Below, in pieces: positions 42,774 through 51,728 of a stretch of 56,620 nucleotides of DNA (the stretch's first letter is position 1; each line of letters opens with the position of its first letter). Both the position numbers and the translations under genes were made by a program. Location: IMG/VR virus record IMGVR_UViG_3300036835_000176, positions 1 through 56,620 of that record; one strand, given 5' to 3'. The notes beneath the pieces were generated by a model. The model made no database searches. It was given only the letters and a program-made list of their open reading frames with translations, and was not told the DNA's origin. The DNA is from a virus (Duplodnaviria > Caudoviricetes).

Positions 42774-44144
42774 ATGGAAAGGAAACGAGTGGTAATGAGC
42801 GAGAGCCTGGAACGGGGGCCAGAGGGCAAACGCAGACGGCAGCGGGTAAGCCGCCCGATTCCGCGCGAGGGCGTGGAACCGTTAGACCAGCCGACGATCC
42901 CACTCTTTCTCGCGCCGATTGAGGACTGGCGTACGGAGGCGGACATACGCGACGCGCGTGTGCGGATCGCCTGGGGCATGATTCTGGCGACACGCGAACA
43001 GGCGGTAGACGCGGCGGGACGGGCGCTACGTTGGGTACCTTCCAGCCTGCAGGTGATCGCAAATATGTGGTGGCAATTGGGCGGCTCACCGCACTACATC
43101 GTGCAACGCGACCCGCTCCTACTGGCGCGTGTCTCGCGCAGTGGACAGGCGCCACTCATCCTGCTCTCACTCATGGCGTTAGAGGCGATGATTGCGCGCC
43201 CTGAGTTGATTGACCGCTTGCGGATCGCGATTGAGTATTGCTCGACATGGCTACGGAATCGCGCAGAGGACAGCGACGATCCGAACACCATGCTGGCGCT
43301 GGATAGCGGCGCGGCGTCCCCGTACATCCGCTGGCTACACGACTCATTTGACGTGACGCCGGATCGTCTTGAAGCGCTGCCACCTGAGCCACAGCCGCGT
43401 GTGGATACGCCCATGCCGCTGTACCTGCAAGCGCCAGCGGGTGAGGACTACTACCGCACGCATCCAAGCCCGGCTGGCGTTGATGTGGACGTGAGCGCGG
43501 GGCATACGTATCCAACACACGTTGGCAGTCGGTCACAGCGATTCACGCCAAGCCCGCAGTTCCCGCCACAACCGGAAGAGCAAGCGGTCTCACCCGACGC
43601 CGAGACGCTGCCAGACAATCAGGAACGCACGCAGGAGCGAGCAGAGGAGCGAGCAGAGGAGCGAGCAGAGGATACCGCCACACTCACCCGCGCGCCCGTT
43701 CCCATTGACCCACTTGCTACCGTCCATGGCCCGGTCCTGCCGCGCACACGCGCATTGATGCGTCTCTTACTGCCCACGCCGCCACGCGATGAGGCCGAAG
43801 CGCGACAATGGGCCGCCGATCCGTCGTACATGGCGTATCTGCTGGAACGTGAGCTGGCGTTACGCGCGAAGTATTGGCCTGAAAGCGTCGGCGTCGGGCC
43901 AGTAGACGATGATACCTGCCTGCGCTGCCATCAGGCGTGTCGGCGTATCTCGCCAAACCTCGCGCATCCCGGCCTGATCTGGCTCTGCGCCGGATGTCAA
44001 GCCGAGATCGAAGGCTATGCGCGCGGGCTGGCGCGCAGCAGGCATTGGGAAGTGTACAGCGTGATTGAGCGGATACTCTCACGAGAGCATCTGCTCAAGA
44101 CGGATCACGGAAAGCCCGGTGTCAGGCGCGTAACGCAAGGATGA
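42774..44144 (+). CDS. Hypothetical protein with C-terminal CxxC..CxxC
   Basis: 456-aa ORF; SD GGAG. Confidence 0.65.
   Translation: MERKRVVMSESLERGPEGKRRRQRVSRPIPREGVEPLDQPTIPLFLAPIEDWRTEADIRDARVRIAWGMILATREQAVDAAGRALRWVPSSLQVIANMWWQLGGSPHYIVQRDPLLLARVSRSGQAPLILLSLMALEAMIARPELIDRLRIAIEYCSTWLRNRAEDSDDPNTMLALDSGAASPYIRWLHDSFDVTPDRLEALPPEPQPRVDTPMPLYLQAPAGEDYYRTHPSPAGVDVDVSAGHTYPTHVGSRSQRFTPSPQFPPQPEEQAVSPDAETLPDNQERTQERAEERAEERAEDTATLTRAPVPIDPLATVHGPVLPRTRALMRLLLPTPPRDEAEARQWAADPSYMAYLLERELALRAKYWPESVGVGPVDDDTCLRCHQACRRISPNLAHPGLIWLCAGCQAEIEGYARGLARSRHWEVYSVIERILSREHLLKTDHGKPGVRRVTQG
43633..43672 (+). repeat. 12-bp tandem repeat AGGAGCGAGCAG x3
   Basis: Direct observation; encodes ERAE repeats. 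Confidence 0.9.
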
Positions 44145-44155
44145 CGCACGGATAG

Positions 44156-44437
44156 CTATTGCGACTGCCTGACCCGCCTTAAGGAATGGGCGGGTTTTTG
44201 TTTGCCTTGCGCCAGCCTCTTGGGATGCGACACTGGCGATTCATAGGTTTGGCGCAGTTCCTCGCGTAGCCGTTCCACGTCCTCTACCTTGATGTACCAA
44301 ATACGCATGTCGCGCGCTTTCAGCTTGTGTCGCGTTACCCCTGTCTCACTCATGAGGCGCGTCATTTTGTACGGTGTCAGCCCCAACTCTTCGCGCGCTT
44401 GCCCGGTCGTTATCCACTGCACTTCGGTCTTCTTCAT
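44156..44437 (-). CDS. Excisionase/MerR-like HTH protein
   Basis: WITTGQAREELGLT..WYIKVEDVERL; SD GGAAGG. Confidence 0.65.
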   Translation of the reverse strand: MKKTEVQWITTGQAREELGLTPYKMTRLMSETGVTRHKLKARDMRIWYIKVEDVERLREELRQTYESPVSHPKRLAQGKQKPAHSLRRVRQSQ

Positions 44438-44533
44438 CGTGTCACCTTCCTAATAAGCACAACCGTACCGCTACTCTATTAGACGCACACGGTGGCCATT
44501 TCGTCAAATTTCTACGAATTTGCATGAACACTC

Positions 44534-44562
44534 TTGACTTTCTGTGACCGTTCGTGTAGACT
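44534..44562 (+). promoter_or_regulatory. Sigma70-type promoter TTGACT-17-TAGACT
   Basis: Near consensus; heads the rightward early operon. Confidence 0.7.
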
Positions 44563-44618
44563 ACTCGTATGGAACGTTAGAGATTACACACATGGAACGC
44601 AAGTGGGGGGGCAGAGCG

Positions 44619-44999
44619 ATGGCGACGGCAGTAGTTGAGCAGACCCAGGTCCGGCGGTACACGGCGCGCAATGTGCAGAATGCGTTGTGGCGGCGGCAGT
44701 CGCTACGGGCGGCGTTCGAGCAGCACACCGCGTACACGGCGTATGAGGTCGCGGAAGTTCCGCATTGCCATCACGTCATCCGGGTACCGAGTCGGAACGA
44801 TGGCAAGCCAGTACGTGTGGTGTGGGATGGCGTCAAAGACGAGTTCTACTGCAACGAGCATGCGATGCACACCTGTTGCCACTCAGGAGCAGCGCTTTTG
44901 CTGTTAATGGCGCGCGGGTTGCTGCCGCACATGGACAGCAGCGAGCCGGGAGAGTTGGAAGCCAATACGCAGGTTTGGCGTCAGGCGAGCGGGAAGTAA
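44619..44999 (+). CDS. SWIM-like zinc-finger protein
   Basis: VPS..FYCNEH....CCHSGA. Confidence 0.5.
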   Translation: MATAVVEQTQVRRYTARNVQNALWRRQSLRAAFEQHTAYTAYEVAEVPHCHHVIRVPSRNDGKPVRVVWDGVKDEFYCNEHAMHTCCHSGAALLLLMARGLLPHMDSSEPGELEANTQVWRQASGK

Positions 45000-45006
45000 G
45001 GGAAGG

Positions 45007-45187
45007 CGAGCAGCCTATTGGTGAGTCTGTCAGTGAAAGCCGTGGCGGCGTCCGTAAAGCCGGGCGTGCCTAGCCAGAGCTGACCTGGGAAAGCTGTCGT
45101 AAGTACCAGGCTTGATGACGCATAGCGGCTCCGACAGGCCCATGTGGCTAGGTCATCACATTGGCAGATTCACCCATAGGTTGCTCG
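45007..45187 (+). ncRNA. Candidate structured RNA (~180 nt)
   Basis: 29-bp closing stem with 4 G-U pairs and 1 mismatch; several inner stems; possible pseudoknot. Confidence 0.55.
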
Positions 45188-45225
45188 GATGTCAAGAGTC
45201 GCCACAAGCGGGAGGAGAGACGACG

Positions 45226-45525
45226 ATGCGAACACTGGTTACTGAGCGACGTAACGGCGGCTGGCTTGCCGAGTACGTAGGGCGCGAATGCACCGCCTAT
45301 TGGGCAGAGCGCTATATCGGACGCGGTGATGCGCGAGTTCACTATTTCGCGCGGGTCGCTGGTGGCGATGTGGTCGGCTTCCTCAAGAAGATGAATCGTA
45401 GTGCGAAGCTGCTGGCAGTGCCCGATTTGGAATGGTTGCCGCCGGTTCCCGATGAACACCACAGACACGGCCCGTATGGCGCTTATTACGGGACCATTCA
45501 GCGTAGCAAAGAGATTGCGCTGTAG
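45226..45525 (+). CDS. Hypothetical protein
   Basis: SD GGAGGAG before ATG 45226. Confidence 0.6.
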   Translation: MRTLVTERRNGGWLAEYVGRECTAYWAERYIGRGDARVHYFARVAGGDVVGFLKKMNRSAKLLAVPDLEWLPPVPDEHHRHGPYGAYYGTIQRSKEIAL

Positions 45526-45556
45526 CAGCATAGCCCACAGGCGAGGAGACGACGAG

Positions 45557-46117
45557 ATGGGGCAATACGACTTGAGCGACCGCGAACTCTACGACGAGCG
45601 CGAAGATGACGATCCGCGCTTGCTCCACATTGACGCCGACGACTGGAAGGTAGCCGAGATGAGGAACGTGGAGATGGAACGCGACCAGAGTGCGAAGATT
45701 GAGACGCCCGCGCAGACAGCGATCCTAGCGTTGATTGCTGAGGCGCGGGAAATCGAGCGCATCAACGATATGAAGGCTGCGGAGGAAGAGCGGCTCAAAT
45801 TGCGCGAACAGGAGCAGCGCGCAGTGAAGGCGTTTACCAGCAAGATAGAGTCGCGCCTGCTGGAAGCGCTTGGCGAGGTCACTGCACAGGAGCGCGACAC
45901 ATGGTCTCGTCTCGTCACACTGCAATTCAGCGCGGGAAACCACGACATTAGCGCTCGCCTTCAGGACTGCTTTTACTACCTCGATGGTTCGAATGGTCGG
46001 CATACCTCATTTGAGGATGTGGCGTCACCGAGCGAGTACACGCAGGGCCTCTTGCTGGCGCTCGGCAATATCATCGCGCCTGCTGCGCCTGTACCTGACG
46101 ACGATATTCCGTTCTGA
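45557..46117 (+). CDS. Hypothetical protein ending in an SSB-type DDDIPF tail
   Basis: SD GAGGAG; C-terminus PDDDIPF. Confidence 0.65.
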   Translation: MGQYDLSDRELYDEREDDDPRLLHIDADDWKVAEMRNVEMERDQSAKIETPAQTAILALIAEAREIERINDMKAAEEERLKLREQEQRAVKAFTSKIESRLLEALGEVTAQERDTWSRLVTLQFSAGNHDISARLQDCFYYLDGSNGRHTSFEDVASPSEYTQGLLLALGNIIAPAAPVPDDDIPF

Positions 46118-46159
46118 GCCAGACACGAGCAGCGGCCACGCCGCAGGAGGGATGAGGGG

Positions 46160-46405
46160 ATGGCAAGACGCAAGCGCAAAGAGGACTGGCGGCAGGGCTA
46201 CGTTCCGACGCCAGAGGGGGCGCGCCTATTGCGGATTGACCGCAACTCCGAGACAACAGCGGTGAGCTTCGACCCGAAGACCGGCACGGCACAGGCGACG
46301 GTAGGATGCTCAGGCTTCTTGATTGACTCAGATGGGAGCCAGCAAAAAGTGTTTGTCGGGCTGGATGTTCTGGAAATGCTGGGAATGCTGGAGGCCGACG
46401 CATGA
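46160..46405 (+). CDS. Hypothetical protein
   Basis: SD; coupled operon. Confidence 0.6.
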   Translation: MARRKRKEDWRQGYVPTPEGARLLRIDRNSETTAVSFDPKTGTAQATVGCSGFLIDSDGSQQKVFVGLDVLEMLGMLEADA

Positions 46406-46767
46406 CCACGACGAAGCTGACGTCGGCGCAACGGACCATACTCGCGCTCCTAGCAGCGCCACCGGAACACGCCTACCGCGACGTAACGACAAGCTGGCAT
46501 CTGGTTGGATGGCTCTATGGCCAGCAAGCCGAACATTCTACGCGCCCGCATCTGGAATGCGTGTACTCCGATAGCGAGGTTCCCCCTTACCGCCGCAGGG
46601 ATGTGCTGTCTGTCACATTTCAGGCGATCATGCGTCGTGGCTGGATTGAGGAACACGTCCGTTGGTATCACGCCGACGAAAGCGGCCAAGGATTCGGCGG
46701 CCAAGGATACGCCGAATACACGCTGACAGACGCCGGGCGCAAGGCGCTGGAAAGGGTAAGCAAGTGA
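46402..46767 (+). CDS. Hypothetical winged-helix-like protein
   Basis: LTSAQRTIL..RRGWIE..YTLTDAGRKAL. Confidence 0.6.
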   Translation: MTTTKLTSAQRTILALLAAPPEHAYRDVTTSWHLVGWLYGQQAEHSTRPHLECVYSDSEVPPYRRRDVLSVTFQAIMRRGWIEEHVRWYHADESGQGFGGQGYAEYTLTDAGRKALERVSK

Positions 46768-47066
46768 GTGAGCGCTGCCGTCTCTGCGGGCGGTTCACCT
46801 ATTGGCCGAATGAGGGTCGCACGGTTCTGTGTAACGATTGCTTCTTTGGATTTCATTTCATGAAGTGCAAGACGTGCGGCCATATCTGGCGAGGCGAATT
46901 GCAGCGAGAGGGCAAGCGCCTTATGCCGGATTGTCCAGTGACAACGGTTGCTCACGCGCGCGCAAGAGGCGAGACCTACATCCCACAAGGCAAAGAGAGA
47001 GAGCGCGCCAAGCGTGATTTTTACGCCGCCCTGAGAGACGGCGACGATTTTGAGCCACAGGAGTAA
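46764..47066 (+). CDS. Cys-rich hypothetical protein
   Basis: Three CxxC pairs; GTGA coupling. Confidence 0.55.
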   Translation: MSERCRLCGRFTYWPNEGRTVLCNDCFFGFHFMKCKTCGHIWRGELQREGKRLMPDCPVTTVAHARARGETYIPQGKERERAKRDFYAALRDGDDFEPQE

Positions 47067-47072
47067 ACCATC

Positions 47073-47351
47073 ATGACCCTCACCTGGCGCACCGTGCGCG
47101 ACTACGCGCTGCGCGTTGTGACGTTCCTGGCTGTGTGCATCCTGGCATCGGTTGGCGCACTCATCACGGTCTACCTCACAGCGATGGCTCTGCGCGCGAT
47201 GTGGCTGGATGCTGTAGTAGCCAACGCCGCGACGATTGCCATAGCGCTTGTGATCGTGTTCGTCGTCCTGTGGTTTGCGTTGGCCATCAGGATCAACGTC
47301 TGGCGCAAAGACTTCCTCTGGCGGCGCTTCTGGATCGACGTGGGGCGGTGA
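47073..47351 (+). CDS. Two-TM membrane protein
   Basis: Two long hydrophobic segments; SD AGGAG. Confidence 0.65.
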   Translation: MTLTWRTVRDYALRVVTFLAVCILASVGALITVYLTAMALRAMWLDAVVANAATIAIALVIVFVVLWFALAIRINVWRKDFLWRRFWIDVGR

Positions 47352-47352
47352 C

Positions 47353-47571
47353 ATGAACGAGCAAGAGCTACGCGAGATGGCGCGTAAGACGCTAGCCAGC
47401 CTGGAGCGGCTAGAGATCAGAGACGGTCTCACCGACGCGGAGGTAGAGCAGACGCAACGAGACATCGCCCGCACCTTCGCCTACTGGCACCAGTTGGCGT
47501 ATCCCGAACTGTACCAGCGCCCGGCGTGGTACGTGCGGCTCTGGCAGCGGTTCTTCGGTCGAGTAGGCTAG
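47353..47571 (+). CDS. Hypothetical protein
   Basis: Operon packing. Confidence 0.55.
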   Translation: MNEQELREMARKTLASLERLEIRDGLTDAEVEQTQRDIARTFAYWHQLAYPELYQRPAWYVRLWQRFFGRVG

Positions 47572-47638
47572 ACGTTTCCGGTTTCAGCGCGGTCTGACGG
47601 AATGAGTAAGCAGGCAGTTCTATAGCAAGGAGAGGGCA

Positions 47639-48517
47639 ATGGATAACAGCGAATGGGGAGACGTTGGGCGACGACTCGCGGAACCTTTTGACCCTGCGGA
47701 GGTTGATTGGCGCGTCCAGGGTAAGGTCAACGAGCAGACCGGCAAAGGGAGCGTTGTCGCGTACATTGACGCGCGCTCTGTGCAGGATCGGCTAGATACC
47801 GTGGTGGGCGCGGGCAACTGGTCATTTGACTGGGAGCCAGTTGTCGTCGCCAATGGTGAGGTACAGGTCGCCAAGGGAACGCTGACCATCTATGGCGTCT
47901 CGAAGTCTGACGCCGGTTCCGCCAGCAACTTCGAGCAGACGCTAGGCGCGGTTTCCCATTGCTTTAAGCGCGCCGCTGTCCACTGGGGCGTGGGACGGTA
48001 TTTGTACAACGTCTCGGCACAATGGGTAGCGGTCGAGAAGGGCGGGCGGCTCTCTGAGCAGACGTTGACGCAACTGCGCGCCAGACTGCCCAAGCCTAGC
48101 GGAGCGTCACACGAGCCACGCCAGCAGCAACGCATGGAAACCAAGACGGAAACCAAGACCACCAGCAATCAAGGCAACCATCAGGCGGCTGATGTCTTTC
48201 CCGCGCGCGAGAGTGAGCCGGAGGAAGCGCCAGCGGTAGACCCTAACTTCCTGCCGCTGGTGGGCGATGAGAACTACTGGCAGTCGCTGGTGTTTGGCGA
48301 CGGGCAAGCCGAGTTGACCGCGCTGCTACGTCGCAAGGGCTACACGCAATTGAGCGAAGTCACAGCCTATTTCAACGCGCTGACGCACTCAGAGGACTAC
48401 CGCGATCATGCTGTGGCGCAACTCGCGCAGGGCAAGGCGAAGTGGCTCACCCGCGCGATACAGAAGGCGGCGCTAGACGACCTGAATAAGCGCAAAGACG
48501 TGAAGCAACCGGCGTAG
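47639..48517 (+). CDS. Rad52/Rad22-family (Sak-like) single-strand annealing protein
   Basis: LAEPF..VDWRV..AYIDARSVQDRLD.VVG..NW..S..FKRAAV.WGVGRYLY. Confidence 0.88.
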   Translation: MDNSEWGDVGRRLAEPFDPAEVDWRVQGKVNEQTGKGSVVAYIDARSVQDRLDTVVGAGNWSFDWEPVVVANGEVQVAKGTLTIYGVSKSDAGSASNFEQTLGAVSHCFKRAAVHWGVGRYLYNVSAQWVAVEKGGRLSEQTLTQLRARLPKPSGASHEPRQQQRMETKTETKTTSNQGNHQAADVFPARESEPEEAPAVDPNFLPLVGDENYWQSLVFGDGQAELTALLRRKGYTQLSEVTAYFNALTHSEDYRDHAVAQLAQGKAKWLTRAIQKAALDDLNKRKDVKQPA

Positions 48518-48605
48518 CTTTTTCGCGCCTGTGAGGTTACACGTATGGCATTTCCAATATTCCATCAGTGGAACGGAACGGAATAGGACAGGGGAGGGTA
48601 GAACG

Positions 48606-48737
48606 ATGATCTGGGCAATCGTAGGCGGGCTGGCATGTTGGGGCGCGGTGATCGTCGGCATCGTCGCGTTCTTCGCGGTGGCGCGCGGCGTCAAAGCGCC
48701 AAGCCCGGTGAAGCAAGAGAAGCGGGAGGCGGCGTGA
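48606..48737 (+). CDS. Small membrane peptide
   Basis: SD GGGAGG; one TM helix. Confidence 0.5.
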   Translation: MIWAIVGGLACWGAVIVGIVAFFAVARGVKAPSPVKQEKREAA

Positions 48738-48982
48738 TGAAGCTTTACACCTGTGTCGCCTTCTGCCGCACGTGCGGCAAGGAACTCAATCGCGCCGAGC
48801 ATGTGCCAGAGGATAAGCGCACGCGCGTAGCAATGGCCGCGCCGATGGTGGCGCTCTGCGACGTGCGCGACCACAACTCGCTGCCGGACCTGAACCTGGG
48901 CGTTGTGCTGGTGTGGACGGATGAGGCGACTGGCCTTGTTGACCTGACGATGAGCGATACCGCCAAGATGGAGGCGCACTGA
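48737..48982 (+). CDS. Hypothetical protein
   Basis: SD GGAGG; CRTC. Confidence 0.55.
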   Translation: MKLYTCVAFCRTCGKELNRAEHVPEDKRTRVAMAAPMVALCDVRDHNSLPDLNLGVVLVWTDEATGLVDLTMSDTAKMEAH

Positions 48983-49278
48983 TGAGCCAGACAAAAACCA
49001 AGCGCCAGCCGAAGGCGTGGGAATTCGCCGTCCACAACGAGGCAGGCGAGCAGGTGGCGACGCTGACGGTGCATAAAGGTACCGGGCGGTGGGTAGAGCG
49101 GGTGAACAGGGATGGCGAGATCATCGGTCGCGCCTATGCGTGGGATGCCGCCATTACCTATCACACCGGCCAGCAAGAGGAACTGATGGTTTCCGAGAAG
49201 GCGCTACGGGCGTACCGCAAGGCGGCGCACGCCGCTCTCGCGGCGCGGGAAGCGCAGGAAAAGGCGGCGCAACCATGA
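48982..49278 (+). CDS. Hypothetical protein
   Basis: SD GGAGG; coupled. Confidence 0.6.
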   Translation: MSQTKTKRQPKAWEFAVHNEAGEQVATLTVHKGTGRWVERVNRDGEIIGRAYAWDAAITYHTGQQEELMVSEKALRAYRKAAHAALAAREAQEKAAQP

Positions 49279-49499
49279 TCTGCCCTGCCTGCGACGGTCA
49301 CGGCTACATCATCCTGCGCGATCTGTTGGGTGCGTTCGAGTACACCTGTCGCCAATGTTGGGGAACGGGGCTACACACGAGTTATCCGGTGGCGGCGAAT
49401 GAGTGCATGCGCTGTCACAAGCGGGCGTTTCCGCGAATGGGCGGGCTGTGCGCGTCGTGTTGGGAACGCGAGCGGAAGGTGGCGACCCATGCCGAATAA
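49275..49499 (+). CDS. Zinc-finger protein (CxxCxGxG repeats)
   Basis: CPACDGHG, CRQCWGTG. Confidence 0.55.
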   Translation: MICPACDGHGYIILRDLLGAFEYTCRQCWGTGLHTSYPVAANECMRCHKRAFPRMGGLCASCWERERKVATHAE

Positions 49500-49752
49500 C
49501 CAGCCAACCGCCATCGTCGCGCGTGAACTCGCGCGCCTCGGCTATGTCGTCAACGGCGATGAGCAGTACACCATCCAAGGCGATCCCAGGCCGGGAACGG
49601 TCTACGTGTTGGTCGGCATCCAAGAGGAAGGCGCGGCGCATGGCGTCGTCATCCGTTGCCTGATGCGACCGGTAGGCGAGCCGGAAAGTTACGGCGCGCA
49701 TCCCGTCAACATTGGGCGGGTGAGCAAGGTAGAGAGCGAGGCGGTGGCGTAA
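49489..49752 (+). CDS. Hypothetical protein
   Basis: Coupled operon. Confidence 0.55.
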   Translation: MPNNQPTAIVARELARLGYVVNGDEQYTIQGDPRPGTVYVLVGIQEEGAAHGVVIRCLMRPVGEPESYGAHPVNIGRVSKVESEAVA

Positions 49753-50489
49753 TGGGCAAACCGCATCTCTTGGATTTATTCTGTGGCGCTGGTGGCGCAG
49801 GTGAAGGGTACGCCCGCGCAGGCTTTGAAGTCATCGGGTGTGATTTGGACGCCAAGCCGCTACACCACAACCCGCACGAGTGCTATCAGGGTGACGCGCT
49901 AGAGGTCTTGGATACGCTGCTGGCGGGTGAGGCGTGGCAGGGATACCACTTGCGCGACTTCGCCATGGTGCGCGCTAGCCCGCCATGCCAGGACTACAGT
50001 AGCGGCTCATCCTGGCTCACGCCAGCGCGACCGGTGAAGCTACAGCATCCACGCTTGATCGTACCTGTGCGCGAGCGCCTAATGCGAACTGGCCTGCCCT
50101 GGGAGATTGAAAACGTCAGGAACGCGTTGCCTGACATGTTGAATCCGGTGATGCTCTGCGGAACCATGTTCGGTCTGCGCGTCCAGCGCCACCGCATTTT
50201 TGATAGCTCGCATCTGCTCTTCGCCGCGGGAGCCTGCCACCATCAGCCCTATGACGTGAGCGTGCGAAAACACCGGACGGAATACCTGGGCCTGCGAACA
50301 AACCCGCACACCATGCCAAGTGGCGAGATTCGCTATCGCAACCCGCATTGTCCTATCATCGCGGCGCGATCGGCGATGGGCATTGATTGGATGAACAGCG
50401 GTGAACTAGGCGAGGCCATTCCGCCGGCATACACAGAGTTCTTAGGGCGGCAACTGTACTCAGCAATAGAAAGCGAGGCGGTGGCATGA
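49752..50489 (+). CDS. DNA cytosine-5 methyltransferase (compact phage type)
   Basis: LDLFCGAGG, ASPPCQ, IENV, QRHR, GEAIPP. Confidence 0.88.
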   Translation: MGKPHLLDLFCGAGGAGEGYARAGFEVIGCDLDAKPLHHNPHECYQGDALEVLDTLLAGEAWQGYHLRDFAMVRASPPCQDYSSGSSWLTPARPVKLQHPRLIVPVRERLMRTGLPWEIENVRNALPDMLNPVMLCGTMFGLRVQRHRIFDSSHLLFAAGACHHQPYDVSVRKHRTEYLGLRTNPHTMPSGEIRYRNPHCPIIAARSAMGIDWMNSGELGEAIPPAYTEFLGRQLYSAIESEAVA

Positions 50490-50737
50490 CCTTCGCTGAC
50501 ACACAGACGCTTATCGCCTTCATCGGCGGCGTCTCGCTCGGCGCGCTGCTCGCTGTTGTGACGCTGCCCTGGCTGACGGAACGGACGGCAAAAGGCGCGC
50601 GGGATATTCCACAACCGATTCCAACGCCAGCGCAGGCGAAACAAGACATGTTGGCGCGGTGGCGGTCACCAAACGAGCGCGCGCTGATTGTGGCGCTGCG
50701 CGAACGCTATCAAGAGGATGAGAGGGTGAGGGGATGA
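50486..50737 (+). CDS. Small membrane protein
   Basis: N-terminal TM helix. Confidence 0.55.
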   Translation: MTFADTQTLIAFIGGVSLGALLAVVTLPWLTERTAKGARDIPQPIPTPAQAKQDMLARWRSPNERALIVALRERYQEDERVRG

Positions 50738-51411
50738 GCAATCCCTATCTTGACGCGGCGCGCAAGGTCAACTTTGGCCGCGTTGATTGGACGTCAGCGG
50801 GGCGTGTCGTGCGCGAAGCCGAGCATCTGCCTGATACCGAGTTCCGCGCGGCTCTGAGCAAGGCCGCTATCAACGCTGTCTCAGTACGCGAGATGCGCGA
50901 CCATTTGCGCGCTCGCTATGCCTATGCCATCCCAAATGACAAGGCGCTAAAACTGCTGGTGCGCTTTGCGCCGTTAGTCGAGATCGGCGCTGGCGTTGGC
51001 TACTGGTGTCATCTACTGAGAGAACGCGGCGTTGACATCATCGCGTACGACCAGAAGCCGCCCAAAGATACCACCCATCGCAACGGCTATTTCAACTATG
51101 GCGGCACGGTAGGCACGCTCTGGACGGATGTGCGCTATGGAACCGCTGTCAAGGCGCGCGAACATCCCGACCGTACTCTATTCCTCTGCTGGCCTCCCTA
51201 CGATGAGTCGATGGCGGCGAAGGCGCTTGGCTATTACGCAGGAAGCACGGTGGCCTATGTAGGCGAAGGTCGCGGCGGCTGCACAGGTGATACGCGCTTC
51301 CACAACACGCTAGAGCGCGAGTGGGAGGAAGTGGATTCCTGCCGGATACCGCAGTGGGATGGGATTCACGATGCGTTGGTGATCTATCAGCGGAAGGCGG
51401 CACGCTCATGA
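50734..51411 (+). CDS. SAM-dependent methyltransferase-like protein
   Basis: LVEIGAGVGYW, IIAYD, LFLCWPPY, YVGE..GGCTG. Confidence 0.65.
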   Translation: MSNPYLDAARKVNFGRVDWTSAGRVVREAEHLPDTEFRAALSKAAINAVSVREMRDHLRARYAYAIPNDKALKLLVRFAPLVEIGAGVGYWCHLLRERGVDIIAYDQKPPKDTTHRNGYFNYGGTVGTLWTDVRYGTAVKAREHPDRTLFLCWPPYDESMAAKALGYYAGSTVAYVGEGRGGCTGDTRFHNTLEREWEEVDSCRIPQWDGIHDALVIYQRKAARS

Positions 51412-51728
51412 CGCACACCTGCCAATGCCTACGCTGCGCGCCTTCCGCCTTCCCGCGCGAATGCTACGGGCCACGTGCGAGTGAGCTACACGTTGGCATG
51501 CGGTTTATCCCGTGGCAAGAGGCCATGCGTACCAATGTCTTCATCAACGGCGAAGAGGAAAAGTGCTGCATTGAGTGCATGGTCGGGCGCGACGGATGGG
51601 CGTTAGTCCACAACGCAGACGAGCGCGGGAACCATCATCCCTGCTACACGTGCGGCGGTGAATCCTGCCTCACCCTCGTGCGTGGCCATGTGCGGCTAGC
51701 GATAGAACAGGAAGGGGAAGTGGCATGA
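51408..51728 (+). CDS. Cys-rich hypothetical protein
   Basis: Coupled operon. Confidence 0.55.
   Translation: MTHTCQCLRCAPSAFPRECYGPRASELHVGMRFIPWQEAMRTNVFINGEEEKCCIECMVGRDGWALVHNADERGNHHPCYTCGGESCLTLVRGHVRLAIEQEGEVA

Noticed and set aside
45033-45120. Hammerhead-like words GAAA, GTC and TTGATGA
   Set aside because: Core is not CUGANGA, and stems I-III cannot be assembled in the required order
10641-47583. TTCCGGTT at three intergenic spots (10641, ~18391 minus strand, ~47576)
   Set aside because: Short, with inconsistent spacing to promoters; cannot be separated from chance without statistics
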